A DNA stretch of 64,000 bases from Alphaproteobacteria bacterium. Its GTDB lineage: Bacteria > Pseudomonadota > Alphaproteobacteria > SP197. Shown piece after piece: positions 9,184 to 20,994 of this stretch. Every line of letters begins with the position of its first letter. Within the stretch, counting starts at the first letter, position 1. The notes beneath the pieces were generated by a model. The model made no database searches and was not told the DNA's origin. It was given only the letters and a program-made list of their open reading frames with translations. The translations under genes and the position numbers were made by a program. The stretch spans positions 224,001 through 288,000 of the forward strand of contig OZ219917.1 of the NCBI GenBank assembly GCA_964291415.2, given 5' to 3'.

Positions 9184-11301
9184 TCACGGGTCCGCAATCG
9201 GCCTGCGCGGAACGATGAGGGCGTCGGCAACGGTGCACCCCTCGCCTTCGCCGTGGACGATGATGGGGTTGATGTCGATTCCCTCGAGCCATGGCTCGTG
9301 CGCTGCGGCAAACTCCGACAGGGCTCCCAGGGTGGCGATGAGGGCAGCCCGGTCCGCCGGCGGCGCGCCACGCCACCCTGCGAGCATCTGACCCAGACGG
9401 CGGCCGCCGACCAGTGCCGCGAGCTCGTCATCCGTTGCCGGGACACACGCCAGGGCGACCTCGTCCACGAGTTCGGCCAGAACGCCCCCCGGTCCCACCG
9501 CCAGCATGAGGCCGAAGGAAGGGTCGCGGGCGATCCCGGCGATGATCTCGACGCCCGGCGATGCCATCTCCTGGACCACGATGGCGGCTTCCGGCAGGCC
9601 GGAAAGCCTCTGCTCCAGGTCTTCGAAGGCCTCTTTGACGGCATCGTCGCCGGCAAGGGCGAGTTTGACGAGGCCGTGCTCGCTGCGGTGCGGCAGATGG
9701 TCGCCCACCGCCTTCATGGCAACGGGGAGACCCAGGCTTCGGGCGGCCGCGATGGCGTCGCCGGACGTGGCGACGGGGATGCTGCGGGTGACCTTCATTC
9801 CGGCGCCGTCGAGAAGGCGCTTTGCATCGAGTTCGTGAACGGAGGGCCGCGAGGTCCAGTCCGGTTGCTGTCTGGTTGGCGGGATGTGTGCGGAGCATCG
9901 TCGAGAAGATTCGCTCCACGCGGCATGGCGGGTGATGGCGCCCAGCCCCTGGGCCACACCGCTGATGGTCGCGATGCCCTCGTCGAGCAGCTCGCTCACC
10001 TGGCTCGTTCGCATGACCCCGTGCCGCGCCGACATGAGGTAGAACGGCAGGGAGGCGTTCCGGTGGGCGTAGATGAGGGCCGGGGTGATGGCCTCGTCCT
10101 GTCCCTCGTACTCCACGGCCTGGTTGTCGTTGTTGTCGAGCAGGACCACCACCGCGTCATAGGCGCCCGAGATCGAGGTCTCCCGCATCGCCACCTGGAA
10201 GTTGCCGGCAAAGTCGCCCTGCCCCCAGACGTCGACCGGGTTCCCGTCCCCGGTGATTGATCCGACCTTGGCTGCGATCACCTGCCGCGCGGCCTGAGGC
10301 AGGGGCGGAAGATTGAGGTCCGCGCCCTCGGCCAGATCGAGTGCGAGACCGGCATGACCGCCGGAACCGGTGATGACGGCGAGCCGGTCGCCCGCGGGTC
10401 GGCGCCCGGACTGGCAGACCGCCAGCACTTCCACCATCTCCTCGAGGTCATGCACCTCGATGGCGCGATGTGCCTTCAACACCGCGGAGAGAACCCGCGA
10501 TTCACCGGCGAGGCCGCCGGTGTGGGTCTCGACGGCTGCCGCCGCCCGGGCCGACTTGCCGACCTTGAGCACGACGACCGGCTTGCCGGCGTCGTGGGCG
10601 CGATCGAGCGCGGCAACAAACCTCTCCGGTTCGCGCACGGCTTCGGCAAAGAGCGCGATGACCCCGGTCCCCGGATCGTCGACGAGATACTCGATATAGC
10701 GGGCGGCCGTCGTGGCCGCCTCGTTGCCGCTCGAGATGACATGGCTGAACCCGAAACGCCTGGTGTCCGACAGGAAGCCGATGGAGACGGAGCCGCTCTG
10801 CGAGATGACACCGACATTGCCGACAAGGCGGGCCGGGTCCACCACGTCCATCATGAAGAGCGAGCTCCTGTTGTGAAGGCTCATGGTCCCCATGCAGTTG
10901 GGCCCGCAGAGCGCAACACCGGCATCAGCACACATGGCAACGAGCGCCCGCTGGTCCTCCGCACCCTTCCCGCCGGCCTCGGCGAAGGCGCCGGAATAGA
11001 TCACGATCGCTCCGGCGCCCCGTGCCACCGCCTTTTCGGCCTCGCCCATCACCCGGTCCCGCGCGAGGCAGATCGCGACGGCATCGATCTTACCTTCGAT
11101 GTCCCGGATATCGGCGTGGCAGGCGTGGCCCAGGACGGTCTCGTTGCGCGGATGGACGGGGAGAATCCTGCCCCTGAAGCCCAGGGTATCGAGCGAGCGG
11201 ATGATGGTGCGCCCCAGGGACGGGCGCTCCGTGGCTCCGACAACGGCAATCGAGGACGGCGCCAGCAGGCGATCGAGGGCCATATCGCTCATCCCCACCA
11301 T
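9184..11301 (-). CDS. acetate--CoA ligase (ADP-forming) family protein
   Basis: SIAVVGAT, GPNCMG, ISQSG, SSGNEA, THTGGLAG phospho-His, C-terminal ATP-grasp IDINP. Confidence 0.92.
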   Translation of the reverse strand: MVGMSDMALDRLLAPSSIAVVGATERPSLGRTIIRSLDTLGFRGRILPVHPRNETVLGHACHADIRDIEGKIDAVAICLARDRVMGEAEKAVARGAGAIVIYSGAFAEAGGKGAEDQRALVAMCADAGVALCGPNCMGTMSLHNRSSLFMMDVVDPARLVGNVGVISQSGSVSIGFLSDTRRFGFSHVISSGNEAATTAARYIEYLVDDPGTGVIALFAEAVREPERFVAALDRAHDAGKPVVVLKVGKSARAAAAVETHTGGLAGESRVLSAVLKAHRAIEVHDLEEMVEVLAVCQSGRRPAGDRLAVITGSGGHAGLALDLAEGADLNLPPLPQAARQVIAAKVGSITGDGNPVDVWGQGDFAGNFQVAMRETSISGAYDAVVVLLDNNDNQAVEYEGQDEAITPALIYAHRNASLPFYLMSARHGVMRTSQVSELLDEGIATISGVAQGLGAITRHAAWSESSRRCSAHIPPTRQQPDWTSRPSVHELDAKRLLDGAGMKVTRSIPVATSGDAIAAARSLGLPVAMKAVGDHLPHRSEHGLVKLALAGDDAVKEAFEDLEQRLSGLPEAAIVVQEMASPGVEIIAGIARDPSFGLMLAVGPGGVLAELVDEVALACVPATDDELAALVGGRRLGQMLAGWRGAPPADRAALIATLGALSEFAAAHEPWLEGIDINPIIVHGEGEGCTVADALIVPRRPIADP

Positions 11302-11417
11302 CTCTCCCCAAGAAATCCGGACCGTCGTTAATTCCCTGCGTGGCCGGGGTCAACACCCGCTTGAAGACGCTTGTGCCGGCTTCTAACGTGTGCGCTCTCC
11401 AGTGGCCGGGGGTCGGC

Positions 11418-12593
11418 GTGACCGAGGACATCGAGCGATTTCGCGAAGAGGTGCGCGCGTTCATCCGCGAAGCGCTCCCCGATGACCTCAGGCGCAAGGT
11501 GAGGCGCGAACACGCCGGTCTGACACCCGCCGATACCAGTCGCTGGATGCGTATCCTCCATGGGCGCGGCTGGAGCTGTCCCTCCTGGCCTGTCGAACAC
11601 GGCGGCCCCGGATGGTCCTTCGAGCAGCAGTATGTCTTCGAAAGGGAGCTGGCCCTCAACGACGCTCCGCCCGTCAGTGTCTTTTCCGCCGGCATGGTGG
11701 GACCGGCGCTGATCGAGTTCGGAACCAGCGAACAGAAGGAGCGCTTTCTGCCCGGTCTCGCCAACGGCAACATCGTCCTCTGCCAGGGGTACTCCGAACC
11801 GGACGCGGGGTCGGACCTGGCATCGCTGAAGTGCCGGGCGGACCGTGATGGCGACGACTACGTCATCAACGGGTCCAAGATCTGGACCAGCGACGCCACC
11901 TGGGCCAACTGGATGTTCGGTCTCTTCCGGACGGACTCTTCCGGACGCAAGCAGCATGGCATCACGCTTCTCCTGGTCGACATGGCCACACCGGGCCTTT
12001 CCGTGCGGCCCATCCTCACGTTCGAGGGAGGCGACGAACTCAACCAGGTGTTCTTCGAGAATGTCCGGGTGCCGGTCACCAACCGGCTCGGGCCGGAACA
12101 TGAAGGATGGTCGATCGGCAAGTACATTCTCGGCCTCGAACGGATCGGATCGGCCGAGGTCAGCCGGACCACGGCCATGCTGGGCCGCTTGAGGGAGATC
12201 GCCGCCCAGGAACCCTTGCGGGACGGATATCTGATCGATGACGCCGACTTCTCACGCAAACTGGTGCGTGCCGAGATCGCCCTGCGCCAGGTCGAACTGA
12301 CGGAGCGGCGGTTCCTCTTCGGTCAGGACGACGCGGGCGCCGAGGCGTCCCTGCTCAAGATCAAGGGCACCGAGGTGCAGCAGCAGGTCATCTCTCTCAT
12401 GGTCGAGGCCCTTGGCCCTTATGGCCAGCTGGATCCCCAGGACATGTCCGCACGCGACAACGCGCCGTTGCCCGACGCGGCGCATCATGCGGCAAAGACG
12501 TGCTTCAACCTGCGCAAGTCGACGATCTGGGGCGGATCGAGCGAGGTCCTCAAGAACATCATCGCCAGGAGCGTTCTGGACCTCAGGTCATGA
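11418..12593 (+). CDS. acyl-CoA dehydrogenase (PimC-like)
   Basis: CQGYSEPDAGSDLASL, INGSKIWTS, TIWGGSSEV. GTG start uncertain. Confidence 0.93.
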   Translation: MTEDIERFREEVRAFIREALPDDLRRKVRREHAGLTPADTSRWMRILHGRGWSCPSWPVEHGGPGWSFEQQYVFERELALNDAPPVSVFSAGMVGPALIEFGTSEQKERFLPGLANGNIVLCQGYSEPDAGSDLASLKCRADRDGDDYVINGSKIWTSDATWANWMFGLFRTDSSGRKQHGITLLLVDMATPGLSVRPILTFEGGDELNQVFFENVRVPVTNRLGPEHEGWSIGKYILGLERIGSAEVSRTTAMLGRLREIAAQEPLRDGYLIDDADFSRKLVRAEIALRQVELTERRFLFGQDDAGAEASLLKIKGTEVQQQVISLMVEALGPYGQLDPQDMSARDNAPLPDAAHHAAKTCFNLRKSTIWGGSSEVLKNIIARSVLDLRS

Positions 12594-13738
12594 CTCAGGG
12601 CCTCACCGAAGACCAGAAGACGTTCGCCGACAGCCTGGACCGGCTGCTCACCGACGCCCTCCCCTTCACCCGCCGCCAGGCAGCAACGGCGGCGCCCGGG
12701 GGCTTTGACGAGGATGTCTGGCAACAGCTTGCCGATCTCGGGTGCATGGCGGCTGCCTTCCCCGAGGAGCTTGGCGGGCTGGGCGGTGGACCGGAAGACC
12801 TCATGGTCATCGGCGAGAAACTCGGGCGCCACCTGGTGACCGGACCCTTTCTTGGCAGTGTCGTTCTGGGTGGCCATGCCGTGCTGTTCGCGGATTCGGA
12901 TGCATGGAAGGCTGAACTGTTGCCCGGTGTTGCCGGGGGAACGACGAAGCTCGCACTCGCCTGGACGGAGCGGCAGGCGCGCCACGATCTCCATGACGTC
13001 GCCACGAGCGTTGAGCCGGCGAATGGCGGCTGGGTGCTGTCGGGCCGCAAGGATGTCGTTCCGGGCGGCGCCCAGGCCGACGTCATCGTTGTCTCGGCGC
13101 GCGTTTCCGGCGACCGGCGGGACCGTGACGGCATCGTCCTCGTTGCCGTGCCGGCCGACGCCCGGGGCGTCGTCAGGCTGGACGAGCGGGCCCATGACGG
13201 CAACCGGGTCTCGACGATCCTCCTTGACGGCGTCGAGGTGGACGACACCCGGTTTCTGACGGCCCCCGACGAGGGCCTGGCGGTCCTCGAACGCACGATC
13301 GATCACGCCATCGCGTTCGTCTGCGCCGATGCCGCAGGGTCCATGTGGCAGGTCTTCGAGACCACCCTGGAGTATCTCAAGACCCGTCGGCAGTTCGACC
13401 GGACGCTGGGGTCGTTCCAGGCGCTCCAGCATCGCCTGGTGGATCTCTACATCGACTGCGAACTCGCCTGGTCGATGGTTCTCGACGCGACCGAGGCCCT
13501 CGCGACCCCCCGACGACGCCATGCCGTGTCGTCGGCCAAGGTTGCGGTCGGCGAGTCGGCGCGGCGGGTGGCCGAGGAGGGCGTCCAGCTCCATGGCGGA
13601 ATCGGCATGACCATGGACGTCCCCGTCGGACATCATCTCAAGCGTGCCGTGGTGATGAACGCCTCGTTCGGCGATGCGGACCATCACCTCGATCTTCTCG
13701 CCTCGTCACCAGGTAACCGGGAGTCAAGCCATGTCTGA
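12590..13738 (+). CDS. acyl-CoA dehydrogenase (PimD-like partner)
   Basis: YLKTRRQF..GSFQALQHRL, VQLHGGIGMT. ATGA overlap with the upstream ACAD. Confidence 0.92.
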   Translation: MTQGLTEDQKTFADSLDRLLTDALPFTRRQAATAAPGGFDEDVWQQLADLGCMAAAFPEELGGLGGGPEDLMVIGEKLGRHLVTGPFLGSVVLGGHAVLFADSDAWKAELLPGVAGGTTKLALAWTERQARHDLHDVATSVEPANGGWVLSGRKDVVPGGAQADVIVVSARVSGDRRDRDGIVLVAVPADARGVVRLDERAHDGNRVSTILLDGVEVDDTRFLTAPDEGLAVLERTIDHAIAFVCADAAGSMWQVFETTLEYLKTRRQFDRTLGSFQALQHRLVDLYIDCELAWSMVLDATEALATPRRRHAVSSAKVAVGESARRVAEEGVQLHGGIGMTMDVPVGHHLKRAVVMNASFGDADHHLDLLASSPGNRESSHV

Positions 13739-13958
13739 TGCCGTCAGGACCGAGCGCCGCGGAAAGGTCCTCGAGGTCACCCTCGACCGGCCGCCCGTCA
13801 ATGCCATCGACGACAGGACGTCTATGGAACTCTACCAGGCCTTCCGCACCCTGCAGAACGATGACGAGCTCATGGTGGGCATCGTCACCGGTGCGGGCGA
13901 GCGCTGCTTTTCTGCCGGATGGGATCTCAAGGCCGTGGCCGCCGCCGACCGGCTCGAC

Positions 13959-14671
<713 letters not shown>

Positions 14672-14735
14672 AGGCATGCAGACATTCTGCGACGTCCCTG
14701 ACGCCGGGCGGCCCGCGTTCCTGACCAGCCGCGAT

Positions 14736-14960
14736 TCAGGCTGCCTTCAGCCCTTTCGTCGGTACGGCCTTACTGACGTCGGATGTCATCGCCGTGTCGG
14801 CGAAGCGGTCCTTCCACTGGCGTGGCGTCAGCTGGGCCACATCCCGGACGGGATGGGTCGCGATCTGCCGCAGGACGTGGACCGAACACGTGCAGGGATC
14901 GATACCGTGCAGGCGGCATGTCAACACCAGGCTCTGCAGGATCCCGACAGCTTTCGCGCC
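14736..14960 (-). pseudogene. IS66 transposase (TnpC) C-terminal relic
   Basis: LTCRLHGIDP..VLRQIATHP..VAQLTPRQWK, degenerate. Confidence 0.7.
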
Positions 14961-15145
14961 CGCATCTCAGCCCATCACCAACATTCGGGTATGGCTCACC
15001 CAATTGCAAAACTGAATAGAGTGTTTGCCTCTGGCCAGCTGCGGTAAGAGCAGACCTCGTAGTCGAACATTCCCTAATGCCGATTCGACGATCAACCTAC
15101 TCAGTCGATCCTAACTTGACGGGCAATTTAGAGAATGAAAGGTGG

Positions 15146-15790
15146 CTAGGTTGGCGCAGGCGCTGTCGGAAAAACATCGGCCAGATATCGCAAGCATAGC
15201 CTCTCTGCAGATGTTCCGTCGAATCGTTTTGGGGTTGTCAAAAAATCGCCGCGCATCCCCTCGACCAATGCGAATACCGTGAGAGAAATGTGTTCCACAT
15301 CGATGTCGGAGCATCCCAGTTCCTCTGCGCTGGCGCCAATCAACGCATTGAGACGCTCCAGATATTGCCTGTCGAGACCCTTCAGGATTTCCTGAATGGC
15401 TTCGTTGTTCAGACCCTGCACTCGGAACATCTGCCAGACGGCGATACGCTCCTGACGCCAGATTTCTTTTCCGAAATGCAGTTTCATGACGGCAACCAGC
15501 TGATTCCATGCGCCATCGTCCTGCATGACTGCCTTGTCGACCAGCTTGAAAAAACTTGCGATCAGACTATTGAGAACCTCAATCATGAGATTCTCCCTCG
15601 TCTTGAAGTAATAGAAGATCGAACCGCGAGGGGTTCCAGCCCTTCGGCTGATCTCCTCGAAGGTCGTGCGTTCCCAGCCCAGTTCCATCAAGCAGCTCAG
15701 CGTGCTCTGGATGATCTGCTTTTCGCGCGGCTTGTATTCTTGCTGCACATGCCTCTCGGCAGCGGCGACGTTTGCCATGTTGGCTCCCAT
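15146..15790 (-). CDS. TetR family regulator, BetI-like
   Basis: HTH GWERTTFEEISRRAGTPRGSIFYYFKTRENL. Start uncertain. Confidence 0.88.
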   Translation of the reverse strand: MGANMANVAAAERHVQQEYKPREKQIIQSTLSCLMELGWERTTFEEISRRAGTPRGSIFYYFKTRENLMIEVLNSLIASFFKLVDKAVMQDDGAWNQLVAVMKLHFGKEIWRQERIAVWQMFRVQGLNNEAIQEILKGLDRQYLERLNALIGASAEELGCSDIDVEHISLTVFALVEGMRGDFLTTPKRFDGTSAERLCLRYLADVFPTAPAPT

Positions 15791-15862
15791 TGCTTCGTCA
15801 CGTATGTCGGCGACTGATACTGGCCCGGCATGCGTCAAAGGTGAACCGAAAGATGGTGACGC

Positions 15863-17455
15863 TCAACGCCCTTGGCCACGTGTCCAGGTTTCAAGTTTTC
15901 TGTCGAAAAGGCGTCCGCCCGCAAGCGCCGGCAACTCCCTTTTGACCACCCTCTGTGTCGGCGTTCGGGGAAATGATGGCAACACTGTCACAAATCTGGG
16001 GACTTTGTGCTTTGCTAGCTGATCAGCGGCGAATGCCAGGGTGTCATCGAGTCCGGCTTCCAGATCGGCGACGGAGCACCCGTCGACTGGAACCAGGATA
16101 ATCCAGACTTCTTCGCCACGGATTGGGTCAGGGCGGGGAAGGACGGCGCAGTCGAGAACGAGCGGCGCCTGGCGAAACACGCTTTCAACCTCTGTAGCCG
16201 AGATGTTCTCTCCGGACCGGCGCACGATGTCCTTCTCACGATTCAGGAAACGAAAGCGCTCGCCCTGCCTCTCCATCCTGTCGCCAGTGCGATACCAGCC
16301 ATCGTTCGACAGCACCTTCGACGTTTCCGCGGGGGCGTCGTAGTAGCCCTTCATCACGATATCGCTGCGCACCTCCAGTACGCCCTGGCCATCTGCAACG
16401 ATCTCCCGGCCCTCCGGACCGATGAGGCGCACCTCGACACCGGGAGCGGGATGTCCTACCCAGCCTTCCCCGGGTTCATGCGGGGACTCATCGCAACCAC
16501 GCTCGATGAAGACGGTTGCCGTTTCGACGGTGCCGTAGACCTCCAACCACGGGCACCTGAAGCGATGTTCGAGGTCGCCGTGAATTTCTCGCGGGATGCC
16601 GACCGCCCAGGCGGTCTCGAGGCAGAGTTCGCTTTCAACGTCGGATACGGGCGTGTTCATGATCATGGTCGGAACCACGCCGATCGTCAGAAGCTTTGTA
16701 GCCTTGGTCCTTGCCAGAAGCTCCACGAAGGTCTGGGAGCGGAAGCGATCGAGCATGATCATTGTGCTTCCACTCAACATGCTCGCGAAGAAGCAGTAGA
16801 GGGGATCGCCATAGTACAGGGGCTGTGCGGTCGCGATGCGATCGTCCGGCCTGAGGGCCATGCCTTCAGAGATGATCCGGGCAATCCGAACCCACTGCCC
16901 CTGTGTCCTCGGCACCGCTTTGGGCATACCCGTCGAGCCGGACGAAAAGCCGAAACTGACGACCTGATCGGCCTGACTGGTCAAGACTGGCGCAACTTCG
17001 CAGCGATCGGGCGAGAACCTTGCGCAACTCGGTCGCGAGTCGTCGACGAGAAAGGTTGCCTCAACACTCTTGAGAATTGTGTCACGGTGTTGGTCGAAGA
17101 ATACGTACCATGAAATCAGGATCTTCGGCTGCAACAATTCGAGGAAGTAGCTTACTTCGCTGGACTTGTAGTTGGTGTTCAGTGGAAAGGTCGCGGCACC
17201 CAGACGCGCGGCCGCAAGCAGGAGAAGCGGGATCTCGGAGCGATTGGGCAAGGCGATGGAGATCCTGTCGCCGGGACGAACGCCGACCTCAATCAACCAG
17301 TTCGCGATGTCGGCAACCCGAGATGCGAGCTCATCGTAAGTGAATGCTTCACCCGCCTCCGGCAGAGCGAGCGCAGTCGCGTCGCCATATGTATCTGCTC
17401 CGCATGTGACCAACGAACAGAGATCAGTCACGTCCTGCATGGTTCGCGACTTCAT
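15863..17455 (-). CDS. AMP-forming acyl-CoA synthetase (CaiC-like)
   Basis: FSSGSTGMPKAV, YGTVET, WYRTGD, REKDIVRRSGENIS. Confidence 0.92.
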   Translation of the reverse strand: MKSRTMQDVTDLCSLVTCGADTYGDATALALPEAGEAFTYDELASRVADIANWLIEVGVRPGDRISIALPNRSEIPLLLLAAARLGAATFPLNTNYKSSEVSYFLELLQPKILISWYVFFDQHRDTILKSVEATFLVDDSRPSCARFSPDRCEVAPVLTSQADQVVSFGFSSGSTGMPKAVPRTQGQWVRIARIISEGMALRPDDRIATAQPLYYGDPLYCFFASMLSGSTMIMLDRFRSQTFVELLARTKATKLLTIGVVPTMIMNTPVSDVESELCLETAWAVGIPREIHGDLEHRFRCPWLEVYGTVETATVFIERGCDESPHEPGEGWVGHPAPGVEVRLIGPEGREIVADGQGVLEVRSDIVMKGYYDAPAETSKVLSNDGWYRTGDRMERQGERFRFLNREKDIVRRSGENISATEVESVFRQAPLVLDCAVLPRPDPIRGEEVWIILVPVDGCSVADLEAGLDDTLAFAADQLAKHKVPRFVTVLPSFPRTPTQRVVKRELPALAGGRLFDRKLETWTRGQGR

Positions 17456-17458
17456 GGG

Positions 17459-18334
17459 CTAGTTCCCGATGGCGAAGAGGCAGATCCAATCGGTCGCCGC
17501 AATCACGTCGTTTTCTGAGTCACTGACCGTCCTCACTGTTCCACTCCAGATGCCCCAGCCCTGCTTGGATCTACTCAAGCGCTCCGATGGGCTGTGAATC
17601 TCTGCATGAATGGTCTCACCGATTTCTGCGCTGCGGAAAAACCTCCAGCAGTTGGAGCGGTTGACAAGTGATGAGTGCGGTTGCTGCACCAGACCAATCC
17701 TACTGATCGCCCCGGACACTGCTGATGCGACAAGCGGCCACGGCACGATGCCGGGTTCCGCGAGTTGGAGACCGGGAAGCGACTGCGATAGCCACCAATC
17801 GAAGACTTCCCGGTCGCCGATGGTCAGGGTACGGCCCTTGCTTGTCCGGGTTGGAGCGGATGGCGTCGGCGAATTGTTGTCTTCGGATGTGAACACCATA
17901 TGAAGCGCCCGGCGTTCTCCGGTCATGACATCAACAGATGTTTCAGGCGGCATGTCTGACTGCCGTACGACGATGTCATCGTTCGCCAGAACAACGGACT
18001 CAAAAGAAAGGTCGAGCCGTGCTGGCGGCGCCCAGTTTGTAGCAGCCGAATGATGTGCTGACGCGAGGCACGTCAGTGCTAGTCCAGACAATACCCTGCC
18101 GCCAAACTCGGTTTTTCTGGCATAGATATCGTTATAGTGAAGTTCGTCTCCTGTACCTTCCCAAATCGAGTTTACGATGAAATCCCTGTCGTTGATTCTG
18201 TAGTCGAAGTGGTCGTTCATCGTCATCCTTCGTGATGTTGTTTCGCTAATGTCCGAATCTGCCTTGACGGTTGGTTGATTCTGGACATTTCGCATTCCAA
18301 TGCCCGCTGATGTGGCCAACTGAAGAACGCGCAT
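17459..18334 (-). CDS. double hotdog/MaoC-like dehydratase-family protein
   Basis: GDELHYNDIYARKTEFGGRVLSG and a second hotdog repeat RTSKGRTLT..WRFFRSAEIGETI. Start may be 18226. Confidence 0.7.
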   Translation of the reverse strand: MRVLQLATSAGIGMRNVQNQPTVKADSDISETTSRRMTMNDHFDYRINDRDFIVNSIWEGTGDELHYNDIYARKTEFGGRVLSGLALTCLASAHHSAATNWAPPARLDLSFESVVLANDDIVVRQSDMPPETSVDVMTGERRALHMVFTSEDNNSPTPSAPTRTSKGRTLTIGDREVFDWWLSQSLPGLQLAEPGIVPWPLVASAVSGAISRIGLVQQPHSSLVNRSNCWRFFRSAEIGETIHAEIHSPSERLSRSKQGWGIWSGTVRTVSDSENDVIAATDWICLFAIGN

Positions 18335-18351
18335 GGTTAGCCCGACAGCGT

Positions 18352-19383
18352 TCAGCCATGCCAGATCGTCCGGAACGCGCGTAGGAAATTTTCGCCCAGG
18401 AAGGCCCGGACATCGTTTTCTGACCAGCCCGCACCTATGAGCATGGCTGTTATGGCTGGATAGTCGGCAATCGTCTCACAGTCCGTGGGGTAACGATTGA
18501 AGTAGGTGCGCCCAAATGCCGCACTGTAGCCGGCGGCAGCCGGATTGATGTCGTCTTGCGCCGTATCGAGACCGTCGCAATAGCGAGTCCGATCGACAGA
18601 CTGGTACTGGTCTGTGCCCATGCCTACGTGCTCGATGCCCACCAGGTTGACGATGTGGTCGATGTGGCGACGGTAGTCGCCCAGTGTGGGTCGGGCCCGG
18701 GCGTCGCCGTCCCAAATGATCGGACCGTAGAGGCTGACACCGACGACGCCTCCGGTTTCGGCGACTGCCCTCATTGCATCGTCGCTGCGGTTGCGTTGCC
18801 AGCCGTTGATCGCGCTCGCGCCTGTGTGGGTTATGAGAATCGGCTGGCTCGAGACTTCGGCGGCCATGATCGTCGAGCGATCGCTCGAGTGGCTCATGTC
18901 GACCGCAATGCCAAGTTCGTTCATCCGTCGCACAGCATCTCGTCCGAGCGCTGACAACCCGCCGTCGTTGGGTTCCAGACAGCCGTCTGCGAGGAAAGTG
19001 CGGTAGTTGTAAGTCGGCTGCAGGATACGCAGGCCGAGCCGGTGCAGGAGTAGCAAGCGATCGAGGTTGTCTTCGATAGCCCTGGCGTTCTGCCAACCCA
19101 TGATCATCCCAATCCGGCCGCCCGCGCGTGCCTCCAGGATATCATCCGCGGAGAGTACCAATTGCCATCGGTCCGGGTGGGCATCAACAAAGGCCAGCCA
19201 CCTTGCGATGTCATCGCAGCAGTCCGTGAATCCGCCTTCGATGACCTTCGACTGGACGGTGAAATTGATCGCCGCGACATTCGCTGCCCTGAACTCGGAT
19301 GTATCACCGTCAAGATCCCAGATCAGTCCGTCGATAATCAGAACATCACGATGTAGGCTCTTGGCGTCGACGGTCTTGGCCAC
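18352..19383 (-). CDS. membrane dipeptidase (peptidase M19) family protein
   Basis: IIDG, MGWQN, MNELGIAVDMSH, ITHTG, GIEHVGMGTD, LGENFLR. Confidence 0.9.
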   Translation of the reverse strand: MAKTVDAKSLHRDVLIIDGLIWDLDGDTSEFRAANVAAINFTVQSKVIEGGFTDCCDDIARWLAFVDAHPDRWQLVLSADDILEARAGGRIGMIMGWQNARAIEDNLDRLLLLHRLGLRILQPTYNYRTFLADGCLEPNDGGLSALGRDAVRRMNELGIAVDMSHSSDRSTIMAAEVSSQPILITHTGASAINGWQRNRSDDAMRAVAETGGVVGVSLYGPIIWDGDARARPTLGDYRRHIDHIVNLVGIEHVGMGTDQYQSVDRTRYCDGLDTAQDDINPAAAGYSAAFGRTYFNRYPTDCETIADYPAITAMLIGAGWSENDVRAFLGENFLRAFRTIWHG

Positions 19384-19663
19384 CGATCTCTCCCTCTGCG
19401 TCGGCGTCGCGCGAACGGCAGGCCTCGCGATACTCCGAGAGCGTAGCCTTTGCGCAATGTGCTAAACAGTAGCCACATGTGTTTGGCTGGCCAACTCAAT
19501 CTTGCTAGTATCGGCGACATCTCAGGTCCTTGGTGTATGCGCTCGAGGGTGCGGGAGCCGAGGACGCGAATGGCACGGCCGGAATGCGGCCTATCTTTCT
19601 TGAGATATGCGACCGTCCGTGGTGGGCGGCCGAAGGGCTCTCCAACCCAAAGGAGGAATGGTC

Positions 19664-20782
19664 ATGAGGAACTCCGTAACAGGGCGTGTGCGGTTCGATG
19701 TGTCGCGGCGAGGATTTCTCGCGGCCGCATCCGGTGTTGCGTCTGCGGTGGTGATGCAGGGCCCGGGCGGGGTGGCGCTCGCGGATACAGGCGACGTCAC
19801 CTACTTCACCTGGGCTGGCTATGAGCTGCCGGAGTTTCATCAAGAGTTCATCGACAAGTACGGCGGTTCTCCTGATTCCACGTTTTTTGCCAACGAAGAC
19901 GAGGCGCTTGCCAAACTCCGGGCCGGATTCAAGGCAGACGTGCTGCATCCCTGCACCTACTCCATCCAGCGCTGGTACGACGCCGATGTGATCCGTCCAA
20001 TCGACGTGTCCAGGCTGCCTCGCTGGTCAGAGGTCATGCCCGATCTCATGGCCGTCATCCCAGTTTGGGAGGATGATGCGCCACTCTGGATCCCGTGGGA
20101 CTGGGGCCATTCGTCGCTGGTAGTGCGATCGGACCTTGTCGAGCCTGAGTTGCTCGATAACCCATCCTGGAGTCTGCTTGTGGATGAACGGCTTTCAGGC
20201 AGGATTGCCATGTGGGACGCGCTCGAGACAAACGTCGGCATTGCCGCTCGCATCGCTGGTGTTGCCGATCCCAACGACGTGACGGATGAGGAGTTCGAGC
20301 GCATCATGGATGTGCTCCGTAGACTGCACTCCCAGTCCAAGTTCTATTGGAGCTACGAGCAGGACATCCAGCCCGCAATGGCTTCGGGCGAGGTTGTAGC
20401 AACCTATCTCTGGCCATCGGTGGTGAACCGGCTGACGGCCGAGGGTGTGGCCATCGAATATGTCGAGAACCCGCAGGAAGGGAAGTTCTACTGGGGCTGT
20501 GGCCTGGCACTCGGTGCTGGAGGCGAAGGTGACGAGGCGGCTGCATACGACCTCATCAACGCGATGCTGGCACCGGAGTCGGGCAAGTATCTGATCGATG
20601 CGTACGGCTTCGGCCATTCAAACGCAAAATCGTTCGAGATTGCAGATCCCGAGGCCGTCCGAGCCTTTGGGGTGAGCGGAGATGTTGGCGGGGCCATGCA
20701 GGGGGCAAGGCTCGAGTCACTCTCTCCAAGCATGGTGGCGCGCTACACAACCGCCTACGAGGACATCAAGGCAGGAATGTAG
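19664..20782 (+). CDS. PotD/PotF-family ABC substrate-binding protein (Tat signal)
   Basis: SRRGFL Tat motif, FTWAGYE, PWDWG, SWSLL. SD AGGAGG at 19651. Confidence 0.88.
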   Translation: MRNSVTGRVRFDVSRRGFLAAASGVASAVVMQGPGGVALADTGDVTYFTWAGYELPEFHQEFIDKYGGSPDSTFFANEDEALAKLRAGFKADVLHPCTYSIQRWYDADVIRPIDVSRLPRWSEVMPDLMAVIPVWEDDAPLWIPWDWGHSSLVVRSDLVEPELLDNPSWSLLVDERLSGRIAMWDALETNVGIAARIAGVADPNDVTDEEFERIMDVLRRLHSQSKFYWSYEQDIQPAMASGEVVATYLWPSVVNRLTAEGVAIEYVENPQEGKFYWGCGLALGAGGEGDEAAAYDLINAMLAPESGKYLIDAYGFGHSNAKSFEIADPEAVRAFGVSGDVGGAMQGARLESLSPSMVARYTTAYEDIKAGM

Positions 20783-20994
20783 AGGTGCGTGCGTCATGTG
20801 ACGAACCGCCTTTGCGCATCTCGGACGGCCTAACTCCGATACGCGGAGTCGATGGATCGATCTTTATGCGTTGACCGATCGGCCAGGTATCCGGATCAGG
20901 TGCGAAGGCATGGGTGAAGCCTCGCACCTGCGTACGGCCGGGTTGTGACATGGCGGTGCCGGCGGATGAACGAGTGTGTGGAGGAACCCGGACG

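Noticed and set aside
19571-19590. sigma54 promoter at TGGCACGG
   Set aside because: GG-N10-GC spacing is not met.
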